A stretch of DNA of 20,000 nucleotides, from contig KZ539046.1 in NCBI GenBank assembly GCA_000934665.2, forward strand, positions 51,856 through 71,855, read 5' to 3'. Source of the stretch: Catajapyx aquilonaris. Taxonomy: Eukaryota. Both the position numbers and the translations under genes were made by a program. Position 1 is the first letter of the stretch. Each line of letters starts with the position of its first letter. Of this stretch, positions 1 through 12,339 are shown in pieces. Below the pieces are notes generated by a model. It was not told the origin of the DNA, searched no databases, and was given only the letters and a program-made list of their open reading frames with translations.

Positions 1-3000
1 GTACAGAAGATTATGCACTCATTGGTGGTCACTTATGGTCTGGATATTGCTGAAATGACGATAAGTTCCGTGCTGCAAGTTTAGATGCGAGGAAATCAAA
101 CATGTAACATTTTTTAAACTACCAGTTATTTACAGTGCAGTAGAATTTATTAAATGTTCTATTTTAACCTTCCTGGTGTTCGCATACTGTTGTAATTTTA
201 CAGTGTGTAATGTAAATTGCAAATTACTATAAAACCCCACTTGCTTTGTGCAAAAGTATTGCATAAAACATTAAAAAGCGATCTTCTTCTGTCATATATT
301 TACTTCTTCAATATGAATTTTTGCACGTTGAAAAAGGTCTACAGCAACGTTTCGCAATTAAATCGGAAGTAACAAATCACCAGGGAACAGCTCACTTATG
401 ACTTTAGTACGGTAAATTATAAATGAAAGGCACCGACGTCTGAGCAAATGGAAGAACATCTGCCGCTTGTGACAGTGGACCACATGGAAGGTTCCTATTT
501 TGGGGGTAGTATGAGCATAAACCACTATTATCACGACAGAAAACATAAGGATATGAGACAAATATACCTGTGCGCTATTTGAGCGAAGTATGAAATTTAA
601 ATACTATATTAAAGTGTTTTCTTGAACAAGGTGTGCGCGTGATCAGGCCTAACTGATATACTGTTCATTGACTCCTCTCTGTGGCACAGATCACTCAACT
701 TGTGCTCTTCTTCGTAGGATTGTACCATCCAAGAGACAGAGTGAGATGCTTCATAATCGGCCATTAAATTTAAGGGCGCTCCACACATTGCCCCTGACGA
801 TTACGCACCCTCGAGAACAAGGCAAGTTTCGGTTGCATAACCACCCGAGACCATCCCCTCCTGGGGGAAGCTCCATATCAAAGACGTCAAATCCTAATAG
901 TATGCAAGGAGGGAGGGTAATGATAGGCGTTTGTGGGTGGGGTAATACCCCCACCCCTCCTTTCCCTCCCCCACTTGTAGACTTGTTTTTGCCTGTAAGC
1001 CGCTGTCAAGCTGCACTTGCCCCCATTAAGCGAGCTGTCAGGTCTCCCCCGCCGTAAGTCTTTGGCTTCGGGTCCAACGGCGCGGAAACCTGCAAGGGGA
1101 ACTCTTTGACAGCTTTTGGGATGCAAATGGCGGACGAGCCACGTCAGCGGTGACGATTTTGACGTCCCCTTGACGCCCACAGATGGAGACAAAAGAGAGT
1201 TGGAGGGAGGGAAGGGAGGCTGGGCTCAAAATAAACATGAGCCCTTTTTTCTCTCTGTCGCTAACTCTCCGATTAGCACACGTCATTTTTGTGCCCAGTA
1301 TTTTCCTCCAAAATCTGGATGGCGAGATAACCTCCACACCCTCCATCGTGTATTGTTCACCTTAAACGCATCAGGAAATGCATTAGGGGGTCCACTGCCC
1401 TTCCTCGTCCCTTTGACCTTTTTTGGGGGGACATTTGGGTAGGGTGCAGGGGTATCGTAGAAAGATTTAGGCATCAATTATTCCCCTATCGGCAGTTATT
1501 ATCAAAGAGAACGTATGTTCCTAGTTGACTACTCAAATCAAACTCCTGGCTATACCTATACAAATGCCTTTTATTTGATTGAAGTTTCGAGCAGTTGGAA
1601 TAAAAACGTAAATTGAGTGGAAAATCTAATGATTCATAGTGGTTCACAATATTGGGACTGTTTATGCGGCATTGATTCAACTGGACCAATGAGATTGTGG
1701 AATCAAATCCAAAAATATCAGCTAAGACAACAACGTGGCTATAAACATAGCGGACAAAATTTTTAACCTGGAAAATTTAATAATATCAAGTTTCAGAATG
1801 GCCTTGTTGGTTGACATATAATTATAGCGCTGGCTCAGGTCACATGTATATGGTAAGTCACTTTTCCCCAATTATTCAGGAGAGCCATTTCAAGTTTATT
1901 TTTTGGTTGCAAAAAAAAAGGTAGGGCCTACTAGTCGGAAACGGATGAAATTTCGCTACATAAATGGACTCGGGGACTTCTTTGCTCCTGTCATAATGAA
2001 ACATCATGCAACTCATTCAGAAAGTCATTTCCTTGGACTTACCATACTTGTGCTTGAAGAAGTTATGCGAACAACTAATATAAGTCCACAATTGCTTCAA
2101 ACATGTTACTACACATCACACTGTCAGGCAGGTATTGCTGAAGGGAGTGCACTCCTTGTTCTGGAATGTTATCACGTTGAGTGTAACTGTATTAAAGGTA
2201 ACTGGAATTTATTACTCCGGAATAAAAAATAATTTATACTGAATAATACTGTTGTTGTCACAAAACCAAATTATTGTCTCATGCAGCACATCACAAAAAG
2301 AGAACGCCATTAGCTGATTGGCTCAAGTTGACACCGATTACTGTTTTGTTTTGCTCCATTCCGCATCCCAAGTGCTGTGCCGGCAAAACCTGATTCATTT
2401 CCGAACATCCCGTAACGCTGTACTGTTCCCTTAATTAAGCCAATAACACAGAGCAAATCTCTCTAGCCGCCTCACATTGCGACAGCCCTCCATTCCTGCA
2501 ATAAGACAAAATGTCTCTCGTCTCAGCCAGCAATTACATTCGAACCCGGCGACATCGTCATCTGCCTGGTTTAAAAAAAGGTCCCACCGGAGGAATCCTT
2601 TTTATTTTCTCATCTAACAAGGCCCTGGTATGAATATGCAAGGCTGAAAATAAGCCCTGGGCAAAAAGCCCTTTCAGCGGGGGTAAGCATGTGACCCGGC
2701 TACAAACGACACCACTTCACTTAACATATCAATTAGGGTCTCGGTGATAAAAGAAGCTCTGGATTTAAGCTAATGAAGCAATTACAAGAGCATTCATCAA
2801 GGACGGAAAAAGAAAGCCGGGTGAGAAAACAGGGGTGTTTTTTCCCCCCCTAACCAGTCAGGTGGGTGCTTGGCTTTATATTTATCAATAACAGGGCCAT
2901 CAGGTGGGGGGTCAGGTTATCGGCTATCACTTAATTGGCCCCAGAGGGAGGGCGGACATGGTCAGATGGAGCGATATTACTCTCACCCCTTGTATGATAT

Positions 3001-6000
3001 TCGCGTGTCCTGGAGGGTATCGGTGGATTGTTCGGAATTGAGGTGACCCACCCAAGATTCAACAATACGTGTCTTGGATATTGGGGAGTCCAGCGGGGGC
3101 AGATTGACTGATCGAATCGAACCAATATCATTCCCCCCTCTTTCCAGCTTTGAATATCTAAAGTGCTTCCACCTCGCCTCCCGCTGATTTTCTCTTTTAT
3201 TTGATAATTTGTACTTAAGTCCAGAGGGGAGCACCCTTTTCTCCATCGTGTTTCCACCTACACTATTTTTTTTTTAAAAAAAAAAGCAGGTTCATATTAT
3301 GTGACGAAATAATCGCCTGCGTAATGTTTCATGATAAAGTATTTCCACGTTGCCTTCACAGAGCGAATAAGGTGTGAGAGGCAGTTATGCTGATGTGTAT
3401 GACCAAGTGAGATGAATTAAAACGACAAAAATCAGCTTCATCATGTTACTATTGTTCCGGACTTAGTTTTTCTTCATCTCTATCTATAGCCCACCAAACT
3501 TTGGACAATGGTACATTAAGAAGTTGGTCACCTTGGCCAAAATACCATGTACGAAGCAGGGGAGGATATGAGGAGGGAATTGTCCACTGGTTATACCAGC
3601 ACTCCATATCAAATGTGAATAAACATTTTAAATTGCTCATATATCAACATTATCTGGGCACGTAACACCTCCCATGTATTTCCTCCCCATGCATGTAAAT
3701 TCCTTTTTGGAAATGAGCCCAGCCCAGCCACCTCACTCCAGATCCATCTCGAGAGTACGTATTACATCCAGCCTCATTCCCGAAGACAGGGAAATGGAGA
3801 AGAAAAATGGCGCGTGTCCGGAGCAGTGCCAAGCAAAAAGGTGCTAATCAGAAGTATAGTGTGTAATGAAAAGGCGTTTCTGGAGCTTGGCATGTGCACC
3901 TTGGGAGAGTTTATTGGGCGTGAAATGACAGGCACGGAGGTGGTGGCGGCGGCGCGGACCTTGTTTACAGCCCCCTCAGATGGGGTGAGGATGGGGTGAG
4001 AAGAAGGTCTGGGAACCCTCCCCGCCTCTCTCGACACTCCTTCGCCTTCTCCTTTGCCGACTAATTTATGAGGAGCATTCATCAGGGCTTCTTGCATCGC
4101 ATTCGCCTGCCGACTATGCAGCCAGCCGTGACGGTACAGACTCCTTTACATGCCTCCGGAGGAGGGAACCAGAAGCCCGTGTCGCTCGTGACTGCTTCCG
4201 GAGGGGTTGACCTTTTCCCATACTTTGTCCTCTTTGCTAGGGTAGGAACACCGCCTGGCTTTCACTATATTTTGGAGCCACGTTTCGGTTAACTAATCGA
4301 CTTTGCGAGGGAAGGGGTATGATACATGGATTGAACTTGAGAGTTGGTTCCTTATTTACTGACGGTGCTGCATTGCATTGCCGTGAAACTTAGGCATGTT
4401 CATGTCAATCGCATTGTGCGGCAGGCAGTTTCCTAGTTTTTAGTTTAAAAGATCTTGTTATTGGCAGGATATTCATTACTCTGCACACTATCAGAAATAG
4501 CTACGTGCCTTCTGTGCACAATAATAATTGCTTATCCTGCTGGAGTTTTTTGAATCAGTGTTGAAATATCAGTATCCACTAACTTATGGATTACAAATAA
4601 TACCAATACTGACAAAATAATATTGTCTCTTATTTATTAGATATGCCAATACACCAGATGGTATCATACAATGTAACGTACACGAATCCATGCAATACAA
4701 AAATTGTCATTGATACGTAAATGAATCGAACTTATATTTGATATAGCCTACCGATGTTGCACTAATTATAAATAGCTATGCACTCTACGAAAAATGCGTT
4801 TGAATTCAGCAGTATTATTAGCCTTATTACGCTCCGATTACGCTGTTGATTAATGCTTTGTAGGAACATGTACAGTGCCACATTTTATTGCCTTAATTCA
4901 CGTGCTGAAATCGATCGTTTATTATGTGACACTCGCATAGATAATAATTTTAAAAAGGCACCCAGAGTATCATTCCAGCTTCAATAATTTAGAAGTCAAC
5001 TGTGCTGATATCCCACATACCCACAATTATGCATCCAACACTGCAGGTTACAACACGAAACAAGTCACACCCCACATGCATAGCGTTTGTAGTTTTTCTG
5101 TAAACGTGGGTGCGGTGGGTGGTCGCTTTTAGCGATCGACCATCCGAATCGAGCCATCGATTTATCAACTAGTTTGCTTTTCATAAATACGAGCTGTTTC
5201 GGGGCATAAATAAAGCGGGTTGCGTCCACCCAATTACGTCAGGCCTCAATGAATGCCATTGTTCGTTATGGGCTGGGGTGTCAAGGGGGTATGGTGGGAG
5301 GGTGTTTGCATACACAACGCCCCATGTTATTAGTTGTTTGGCTTCGTTGTCCATCCTTGTCACCGGACCTGTGGACCGTTATTCTTTGGAGAATGCGAAC
5401 ATTTCAAGGTGGTGCTCGACACGTGGTGGTACACGGGATACATGTTGTATCACCTATGGCGTTATGTTGTCATGCATTGTGGTACACACCCTGTTTTTTA
5501 TGATGGCAGATTTTTTTGTGAAGAGCAGCAAGATGCGGCTGATAGCGGTGTGAGGTGTTTGATCACTAAGCGTATCATTCAACAGTCAAGTCGGATCTCC
5601 TTGATTATCTGGCGTGAAATGTTTGGTTTCCGTCATTTCGTGTGTGGAACAGGCGCGATTATGTCTGCCTAGTTTCTCACGAGTGGTGGGTGTCACAGTT
5701 CAGGTGGTTCATAATAGCAATCTATGCTACAGACTTGCGGATTTATTGCAACTGCCCGGTAGGTGCAGTAGCTATTTTCAACTGTATCAATTAGTTTATC
5801 AGGTTTCTCTCTTATCCGCTCATTAAAGTCGCGACTCATTTTTAAACATGTTAACAGCGGTATACCGGTATCTTAGCCATGTGTCGAACCCGACTGCAAA
5901 ATCCCGCCACATACGGTTTGGATGGTTCATCCAGCGATGTCCCATCGACATTACTCGAATCAGCGCACCGGTTCATGGGACGTCAATTAAAATCGCGTTT

Positions 6001-9000
6001 GGCATGATCCACGTGATGGAAAATGCGTTTGACTGGCATGGTTTGGCACAACAGCCCAGCGACCTTCTAGAACTAACGAGAAGGTCGCCCTAGGGTTCCC
6101 CCCCTAATCGGTATGACTACAAAAAAAATAATTCAAGAAGCCAAATCCTACTCTTTTTCCCATGGAAGTTCCCGGGGGCCCGTCCAAAGGAAGCCGGAAA
6201 GCCGCCTAACCGCACCGATCGGTAATGAGGCATGTGGTCACAGGGGGCAACCGAGGAGAACCGCACCTGTCGCCACCTTCAGCAATCAACCCGTGGCCTT
6301 AACACCCCTGCTGACATTTTTTTTACACGGCCACACTGCGAGGATATGTCGCTTTTGTGGCAAATATTTTATATGCTCCTAGATCTGGGCACCTATAGCT
6401 GTATCCGAAGTTTGTTTGTCAAATGATTATTAATATCACTGGTATGCATCAGCGGTAGATGGCATTGGCCTTCTGCCTATTTAAAACCATAATTTGTCAC
6501 GACATTTGCGGCGCGAGTACCTCTCAATTTGCACCAAACGTGGTGCCCAATTACGCGGGTATTCACTGAAGCGTTGAAAAACGTCCCCAAAATGACGGAA
6601 TGGCTTGCAGCTGCCGGTGGCGCACCTGCAAAATTCAGACACGCTCCATCACGCCCTCTGCTCACCATGAATCTTACTGACCTGATGATACGTGGCATTT
6701 TGTAAGGTTGCGGATTTTGTGTTGTTGCTCGACTCATCCAGCCTTCCCGTATCATGCCTACTCATGCCATGTCACCCCATCCTCTCGACCCCCTATCCCA
6801 TGGCCCTTCAGTTCCAGATGGCAGTGACACGGCACCCCCCACGGCCCTGCTACCATGTCTCCTCCCACCCCCTCCTCCGATTTTCTGCCCCCTGAACTGC
6901 CACGACCATGCTGACCACTACTGTTGGGGAGAAAAGCAAGATCATACGGGGTGCGACAAACCCAAACTGCTAGTTAATTCATCAATCTGCGTCATGCTAG
7001 CTGGCAATTAAGGAGTTTTGTAGTAGCAGTTTTACGGACCTATGCCCCGTTGACTTCGAGCAAGTATGGAGTTTCCTCGCAAATTATGCTGAAATCAGCG
7101 AGGATACTGTTCGCATATATAAAGGGCGTCAAAGCGAGAAATATGCGGTAAAAAGTTTGCTGCACTGTATATAATTATTGGAAAGGTGCGTGAAATAGGC
7201 TGCATAAAAAGCATTCAGTTGATTAGTTCATATTCGTTGCTGTATAGCTGTCCAATCTAAAGGGTGCAGTGAAAGTTTGGCCGTTATACCAATAATTGCA
7301 ACCTTCTTTGTGATTGGTTACAATGGTAAGTTGCCATGTTAAAGTGGTCCAAACTTCAGTTGTAATCTTTGAGAATTCTATTCAGCAGTATATAATTATT
7401 TTGTCATGTAATCGCGGCATATTTTGTGCTCAGTTTATGTAATTTTTCCCGTAGACATATTTCCTCCTGGTTGCTTCTGGGATGTAAACGTCACACAGAA
7501 GCGGGCGTTGCTGTAAGACAAGGGCTCCCTAGTCCCCGTAATGTCTTTTGTCCTTGGGCGTGTTCCCACGGCATTAAAGCCTCTCAGTTACACTTGCCCC
7601 CAGCATCCTTGCTCCTTGTGTAATAAGACAAGCGTCCAACCCCTTTGCTCCATATCTCCACCTTCACCTGCAGTCTCAACAGGACTCTGGCCAAGTTGGA
7701 AGGCGCCGGGAGATTTTGGGGCGTACAAGGTTTTGCTCCGTATACCCACAGGCTACTTCGGAATTTCTCTTGGTCATTCAAAATTTTTGGACCTGTTAGT
7801 TTTGCAAAATGACGAATAGCTAGTAGATTTGTTTTAAACTTCAGACTCACAGATATATTCTATAGTTATGATCAGGGAAGACGAAATATTTGAGATTGAT
7901 CGGATTGTATATGTTTTGGTTCAAATAGTTTTATGATTTGCATAGATTTTATTGTGATGACTGTAATGAAGAGAAATTCCGGTTTGTAGTGCAACAATTT
8001 GCTACTCAGATTCCGAATTCCTAGTGTCATTTGTTAGAATTGGGAGACTTGACTTCCCTCACCAAAACATGTCAATTCTTTCCAGTCATGGAAAATTTAG
8101 GGAGAGGACTCCAATTACCATTAATGCTGCCAAAACCGTACCTGTGTCAGTCGGAAATTAATAATTTTTGGAATGCACTGAGAGATGACACAAACAACTC
8201 AGCATAGGGCGAAAAACGGCAGGTGACAGGCTAATTGCAGTATATCGCTGAAATGAAGAGCGTCAAGTCCATACAGCGTAATTACCGACATGACATTTCA
8301 GCAGTCATATGGGTTGGAATTTATTTCGCGACTGAAATGACAATTTGCTGTGCATGTAACGTCCATAAAGTTCATCAATTTAGCTTGTTTAATTGGTTCT
8401 GGTTCTACTTTTAAGTGTGTGATCTCTTTTTGACTTCAATAATTTCACACATAATCATTCAGTCAAACGTCTAGGGGGAATTTCTGGGCATCAGGCACCG
8501 TCTGCACATTACGTTACAAGGTGGTGATAAAGGTGCTCCCATATACTCTCTTCAGGCAAAGAATGATCCGAGAATACCTCCATCCATTGGAGGGACGCCA
8601 TTACATCATGCACCGCCTACCCTGGCAAGATTGCAGCGACGCCTGGTCTATACCTACCGCAGCTCTAAACAGTTAGATTGCCTCTGGGCGCGATTCCTGA
8701 CATGTGCTGCCAAGTGTGAGATGCAGTTAGCAATGATGAGAAGTGATGGATCGTACCCAGTTCGAATCCCTCAGCTGCGGAATAGGAAGATGCAAGTTAC
8801 TCTGGTCGGAATTAGGGCGGAAGGGACCCCAAGACATTCCTCACCCTTCCCAAGAGCTCTCGGGCGCCGACAGCCGCCTGATTATTTCGTCACGTGACCT
8901 CCGATCTTAATTGGAGTTGGCTTGACAGCTCTGTTTATCCTAATCAGGGAGGCAGCCGATGAGGAATTCTTCCTCATTTGCGACGCCTCGTATCTTATCT

Positions 9001-9345
9001 GCTTGTAATAACTTCGAAGCTAAAGACCCCGGTGGAGGTGGCCTATCTGTTCTCCTCGAGAGAGATATATCGACCTGAGAGTCCTTCAAGGTAATGGGAT
9101 GTTTCAGTTTGGGTGAGATGCCTTGAGGAATGGCTTCCTTTCGCTAAAAACCTTGTCAGTTAGAAGTGCGAAACATACCGGGAATTATGGGCTCGGGAAA
9201 TTAAAAACCTGTCCGATTTGTTGACACGACATACCGTATATTCTACTTCCTCCTTCTCAACTGCAGATGGAGAAGGGTAAAAAAGAAAGACCACCTTTGT
9301 CAATAATATAGTCTACCAGAAATAATGTATAATCCCAATCTGGCA

Positions 9346-9639
9346 TCAGCCAATCACCTGTATGAAAGCCTTGATGTAGTCGCCCTCTTGTATACCCAAG
9401 TAGGCTGGGGTATCACTTCCAGTACCAGCGCGACCATTCAACCGGAAATGGACCTGACACCACAACAGCTTCTGGAAATTGAGCACATCATCACATAAAT
9501 CATTGCTTGCAGAGTTCTGCATTGGATTCATGTCATCAACAAACATGATGCGGTGATGATACTGACCAGACGGTTACAAAAAAGCTGCCTTCAGCTTCTT
9601 AAACCGTGATGCGGTCTTCTTCATCATCACTTCTATCGG
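9346..9639 (-). pseudogene. Third SUMO-like copy (single domain visible); probable pseudogene, or a gene with an assembly indel
   Basis: C-half exon 9471-9358 KLLWCQVHFRLNGRAGTGSDTPAYLGIQEGDYIKAFIQ (acceptor aatttccag; donor gtgatt, or read-through VIG* to 9346). A 95-nt intron spans 9566-9472. The N-half reads PIEVMMKKTASRFKKLKAAF/CNRL|gtcagt with one extra T in a T6 run (9578-9583). The 5' end is unresolved. Confidence 0.75.
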
Positions 9640-9792
9640 CTGAAGTAAAGTATGCGGCCCATTAGCCGAATCAATTAGGAAACAGTACCTGAGGCTTGCA
9701 GACCCTTTGCATCGGTGTTTGGTGTGGGTTTAAAGTGGGGGAAGTGACCAGGGACCCCGGACTGAGCTCGACCAGAATGCAGCCGATCTAGT

Positions 9793-9793
<1 letters not shown>

Positions 9794-9856
<63 letters not shown>

Positions 9857-9871
9857 TTATCTATTTATCTA
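9794..9871. repeat. (TATC)n / (GATA)n microsatellite
   Basis: Directly visible tetranucleotide run next to the left TIR of the mariner element. Confidence 0.97.
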
Positions 9872-9878
9872 CATTCTG

Positions 9879-10688
9879 CAGGGTGTTCCAGAGTTGATGA
9901 CTCACTCTTTGAAACGCAATAATTACTTTCGAACGGAACAACATATATTTATTTAAAGTACGCGCCAAACCAGCAAGGGAGGGTGCGAAAATCTTCCATG
10001 TATAAGTGGCCGCAGCAATGCTCAGGTTTTGCAACAAAAATGACCGAAGCAAGACTGTCGTTAGAGAAACGTGTCCAGTGTGTTCGACTATATTCAGTGA
10101 CAAAAAATGTTACAGAAATGTGCCGTCAAATGGTAAACCTTTTCGGTGGACCAGCTCCTACCCGAAAAAACTGTTGCGAGAATAAACCAACGCAACGCGG
10201 GTTCAATGAAACTGGATGTGTCTTGGATCAAAAGAAACCCGGCAAAGGGAGAACAGTTCTGAACGCAGAAAACAAACAGCGCATCCGAGATGTACTGGAA
10301 AGTTCTCCAGCAAAAGCAAAATAAGTCCGACGCCTCTCTCTTGTGAGGTTATCTGAAGGAAAAGGTTTACCACCATCGAATCGACTCCCTGGAGCATCTG
10401 CGTGACATAATCACACAGGAGTTCAACGCGATCCCTGTTGGGAAGGCGTGCGACAACGTCGCCTTGCGATTGCAGGCCTGCATCGATGTGGAAGGGGGGT
10501 GGTTGACCATATAACCATGGAGAACAGGTATTAAGTTAGTATTTCTATGTAAGAGTGTGTTTGACTATGCCATTTGTTTTCCTTATCGCCTTTGTACTGT
10601 GAGAGGGTACGTACTTTAAATAAATATGTTGTTCCGTTCGAAAGTAATTGCGTTTCAAAGAGTGAGTCATCAACTCTGGAACACCCTG
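9879..10688 (+). mobile_element. Internally deleted Tc1/mariner DNA transposon (rosa/DD41D- or Tc3-like), 810 bp
   Basis: ~80-bp TIRs starting CAGGGTGTTCCAGAGTTGATGACTCACTCTTTGAAACG (9879-9961 / 10611-10688); TA on the right flank, TG on the left. N-terminal HTH-like frame from ATG 10040 (..FNETGCVLDQKKPGKGRTV..ESSP) is followed by the C-terminal motif 'L*GYLKEKVY...RLQACIDVEGG' (10341-10514). The catalytic core is absent. Confidence 0.88.
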
Positions 10689-10802
10689 TAGTTTAAGATC
10701 TAGGTTATGAACAAACACTCCAACGACGCCAACTTACGGAAATTGAAAATTCTGGAGGTTGGCAACAAAATAAACAAACCTGTTTGTTACACTGAACTGT
10801 GC

Positions 10803-10808
10803 TTTATT
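10803..10808 (-). promoter_or_regulatory. Candidate AATAAA polyadenylation signal of the tri-SUMO-like gene
   Basis: tttatt on + (AATAAA on -) downstream of the putative 3'-UTR exon beginning at 11167; position only. Confidence 0.3.
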
Positions 10809-11346
10809 ATTATTTTCGGGTCTTCGGGGATTCTATTCGGCCTTCTATTATTCTGTCATCCGCCAAATCAATGTTAAACTCGATGAACTCTGACTTCAAG
10901 TCAGGCTATGGATTAAGTGGGGGGAAAGACACAATCAGTATAGTCGTCAAAGTGTGTGAAATTGCACTGCTGTTTTAAAGTATTAACAATAATGAACATA
11001 GAGAGAACTTGAAATCTTTGGTAGCGAGTGCTCGAAAACAAGGGAGTGGCGTGGTATATCCTTTCCAACAGACCAGCATGTCCTCTTTCGCTCAACTCTC
11101 GTTGCCCAGCTCAGCTTCCATGGAATCCAGGATTACAGCTCAATCTATGAGCCTCATAGATTAGGACCTACATACACAATAACTGCAAAACCCATGATCA
11201 ATAATAAATGCATAAGTTACTAGAGGGTGATCTTCATTATTCATAATTATATAGTTGGTTGCAGTTTTTTAAGCACAACAAGGTGATCCAGCCAAACGTG
11301 TTCAGGGTTTACTATTAATCACAGACTCCAGCCGAATTGTACTAAC

Positions 11347-11478
11347 CTAGGCAGCTGGAGCTTTTAGTATGTTGACATGAATGGGATCTTCGTCCTCCAT
11401 GCCTAAGGAAGCGGGAGTGTGGCCGTCATGGATCTGCTGGCCATTGAACATGAAGACAACAGTAGACCTCAACAGCCC
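11347..11478 (-). CDS. Exon 7, SUMO-like domain 3 C-half and stop ([43 protein letters not shown])
   Basis: Acceptor ctattttcag; resembles SUMO1 '[35 protein letters not shown]'; TAG at 11349-11347. This exon is absent from the ORF track. Confidence 0.92.
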   Translation of the reverse strand, partial: GLLRSTVVFMFNGQQIHDGHTPASLGMEDEDPIHVNILKAPAA

Positions 11479-12308
11479 CTGAAAATAGATCACACTTCAT
11501 GAGTTCACAGCATTATTCCAATGGACTCGAACGGTCTGGAAACCATTGCTCTCAGCCAAATCTGAACATGATCATATCGGAGAAAATAAGTGGAAGTACC
11601 GACCCGCAGCTCGCAATACTGATCCATCACGTAGGCAAAGTTTGTGGTCGTCTTCAATTTAATTTTTACGAGATGCCCATCCTGACCAAAGGCATTCACG
11701 ATGATTATCTTAGGCTCCAGCTTGTGATTCTATGATTGGAATAGAGAAAGAAATCCCAGAGTAAATTATGTGCTCTAAATTATTTGTAGTCATAACCAAT
11801 AAGAGGGGTAGGCTATAGCAGCAAGAAGTACTCTGGCCACGAGTAAATATTATTGTAATTGATAGGTTCGTTCCGTAGTTGTATGACTTGCTGTATCTCA
11901 CCTGTATAACATGGATAGTGTCTCCCTCTTGCATACCCAAGGAGGCAGGGGTGGCACTTTCAGCGACTTGGTGACCATTGAACAGGAAATTAACATCTGA
12001 CCTCACCAGCTTCTAGAAATATGGCAACGTCATGGGATCATACCAAATAATCATTGCATGATTGTTGCACAAGCTGAATGACACCACAGTCTAATTTTTT
12101 CCAGCCAATTAATTTATTCCACCACATAAAGAATTTCTAGGTAAGTACGAGGGTTGATTCATAAGTCATTGCGCGTATTTTTTTATTCAAAAACGGTAAC
12201 ACATGCAGAGATGACCTGTGCTGAGTTTTGGAGATCCGACGATTACAATTTTATCTGGCATATAGATGTCGCCCATATCGCAAGGGGGGTGGGGAAACAA
12301 AGGGGGAA

Positions 12309-12339
<31 letters not shown>

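Noticed and set aside
1..84. Possible last coding exon of an upstream + strand gene followed by an AT-rich 3' UTR
   Set aside because: Only 27 codons visible, with no motif or splice context inside the window.
5188..5420. Mariner relic (TACGAG start; 'PSLSPDL' resembling YSPDL)
   Set aside because: Only a short motif match; no matching opposite TIR or other transposase motifs found.
8715..8775. B-box-like GTTCGAATCCC suggesting a tRNA or SINE
   Set aside because: No convincing A box, cloverleaf, tail or TSD.
358..8897. About 35 short ORFs of 60-130 aa in the ORF track
   Set aside because: No recognisable motifs, overlapping on both strands, many with non-ATG starts; expected by chance in eukaryotic intergenic or repeat DNA.
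9005..9060. HIRAN-like 'GEQIGHL..SLASKL' on the minus strand
   Set aside because: Requires a frameshift and lacks the upstream NPYDxNA motif; likely chance.
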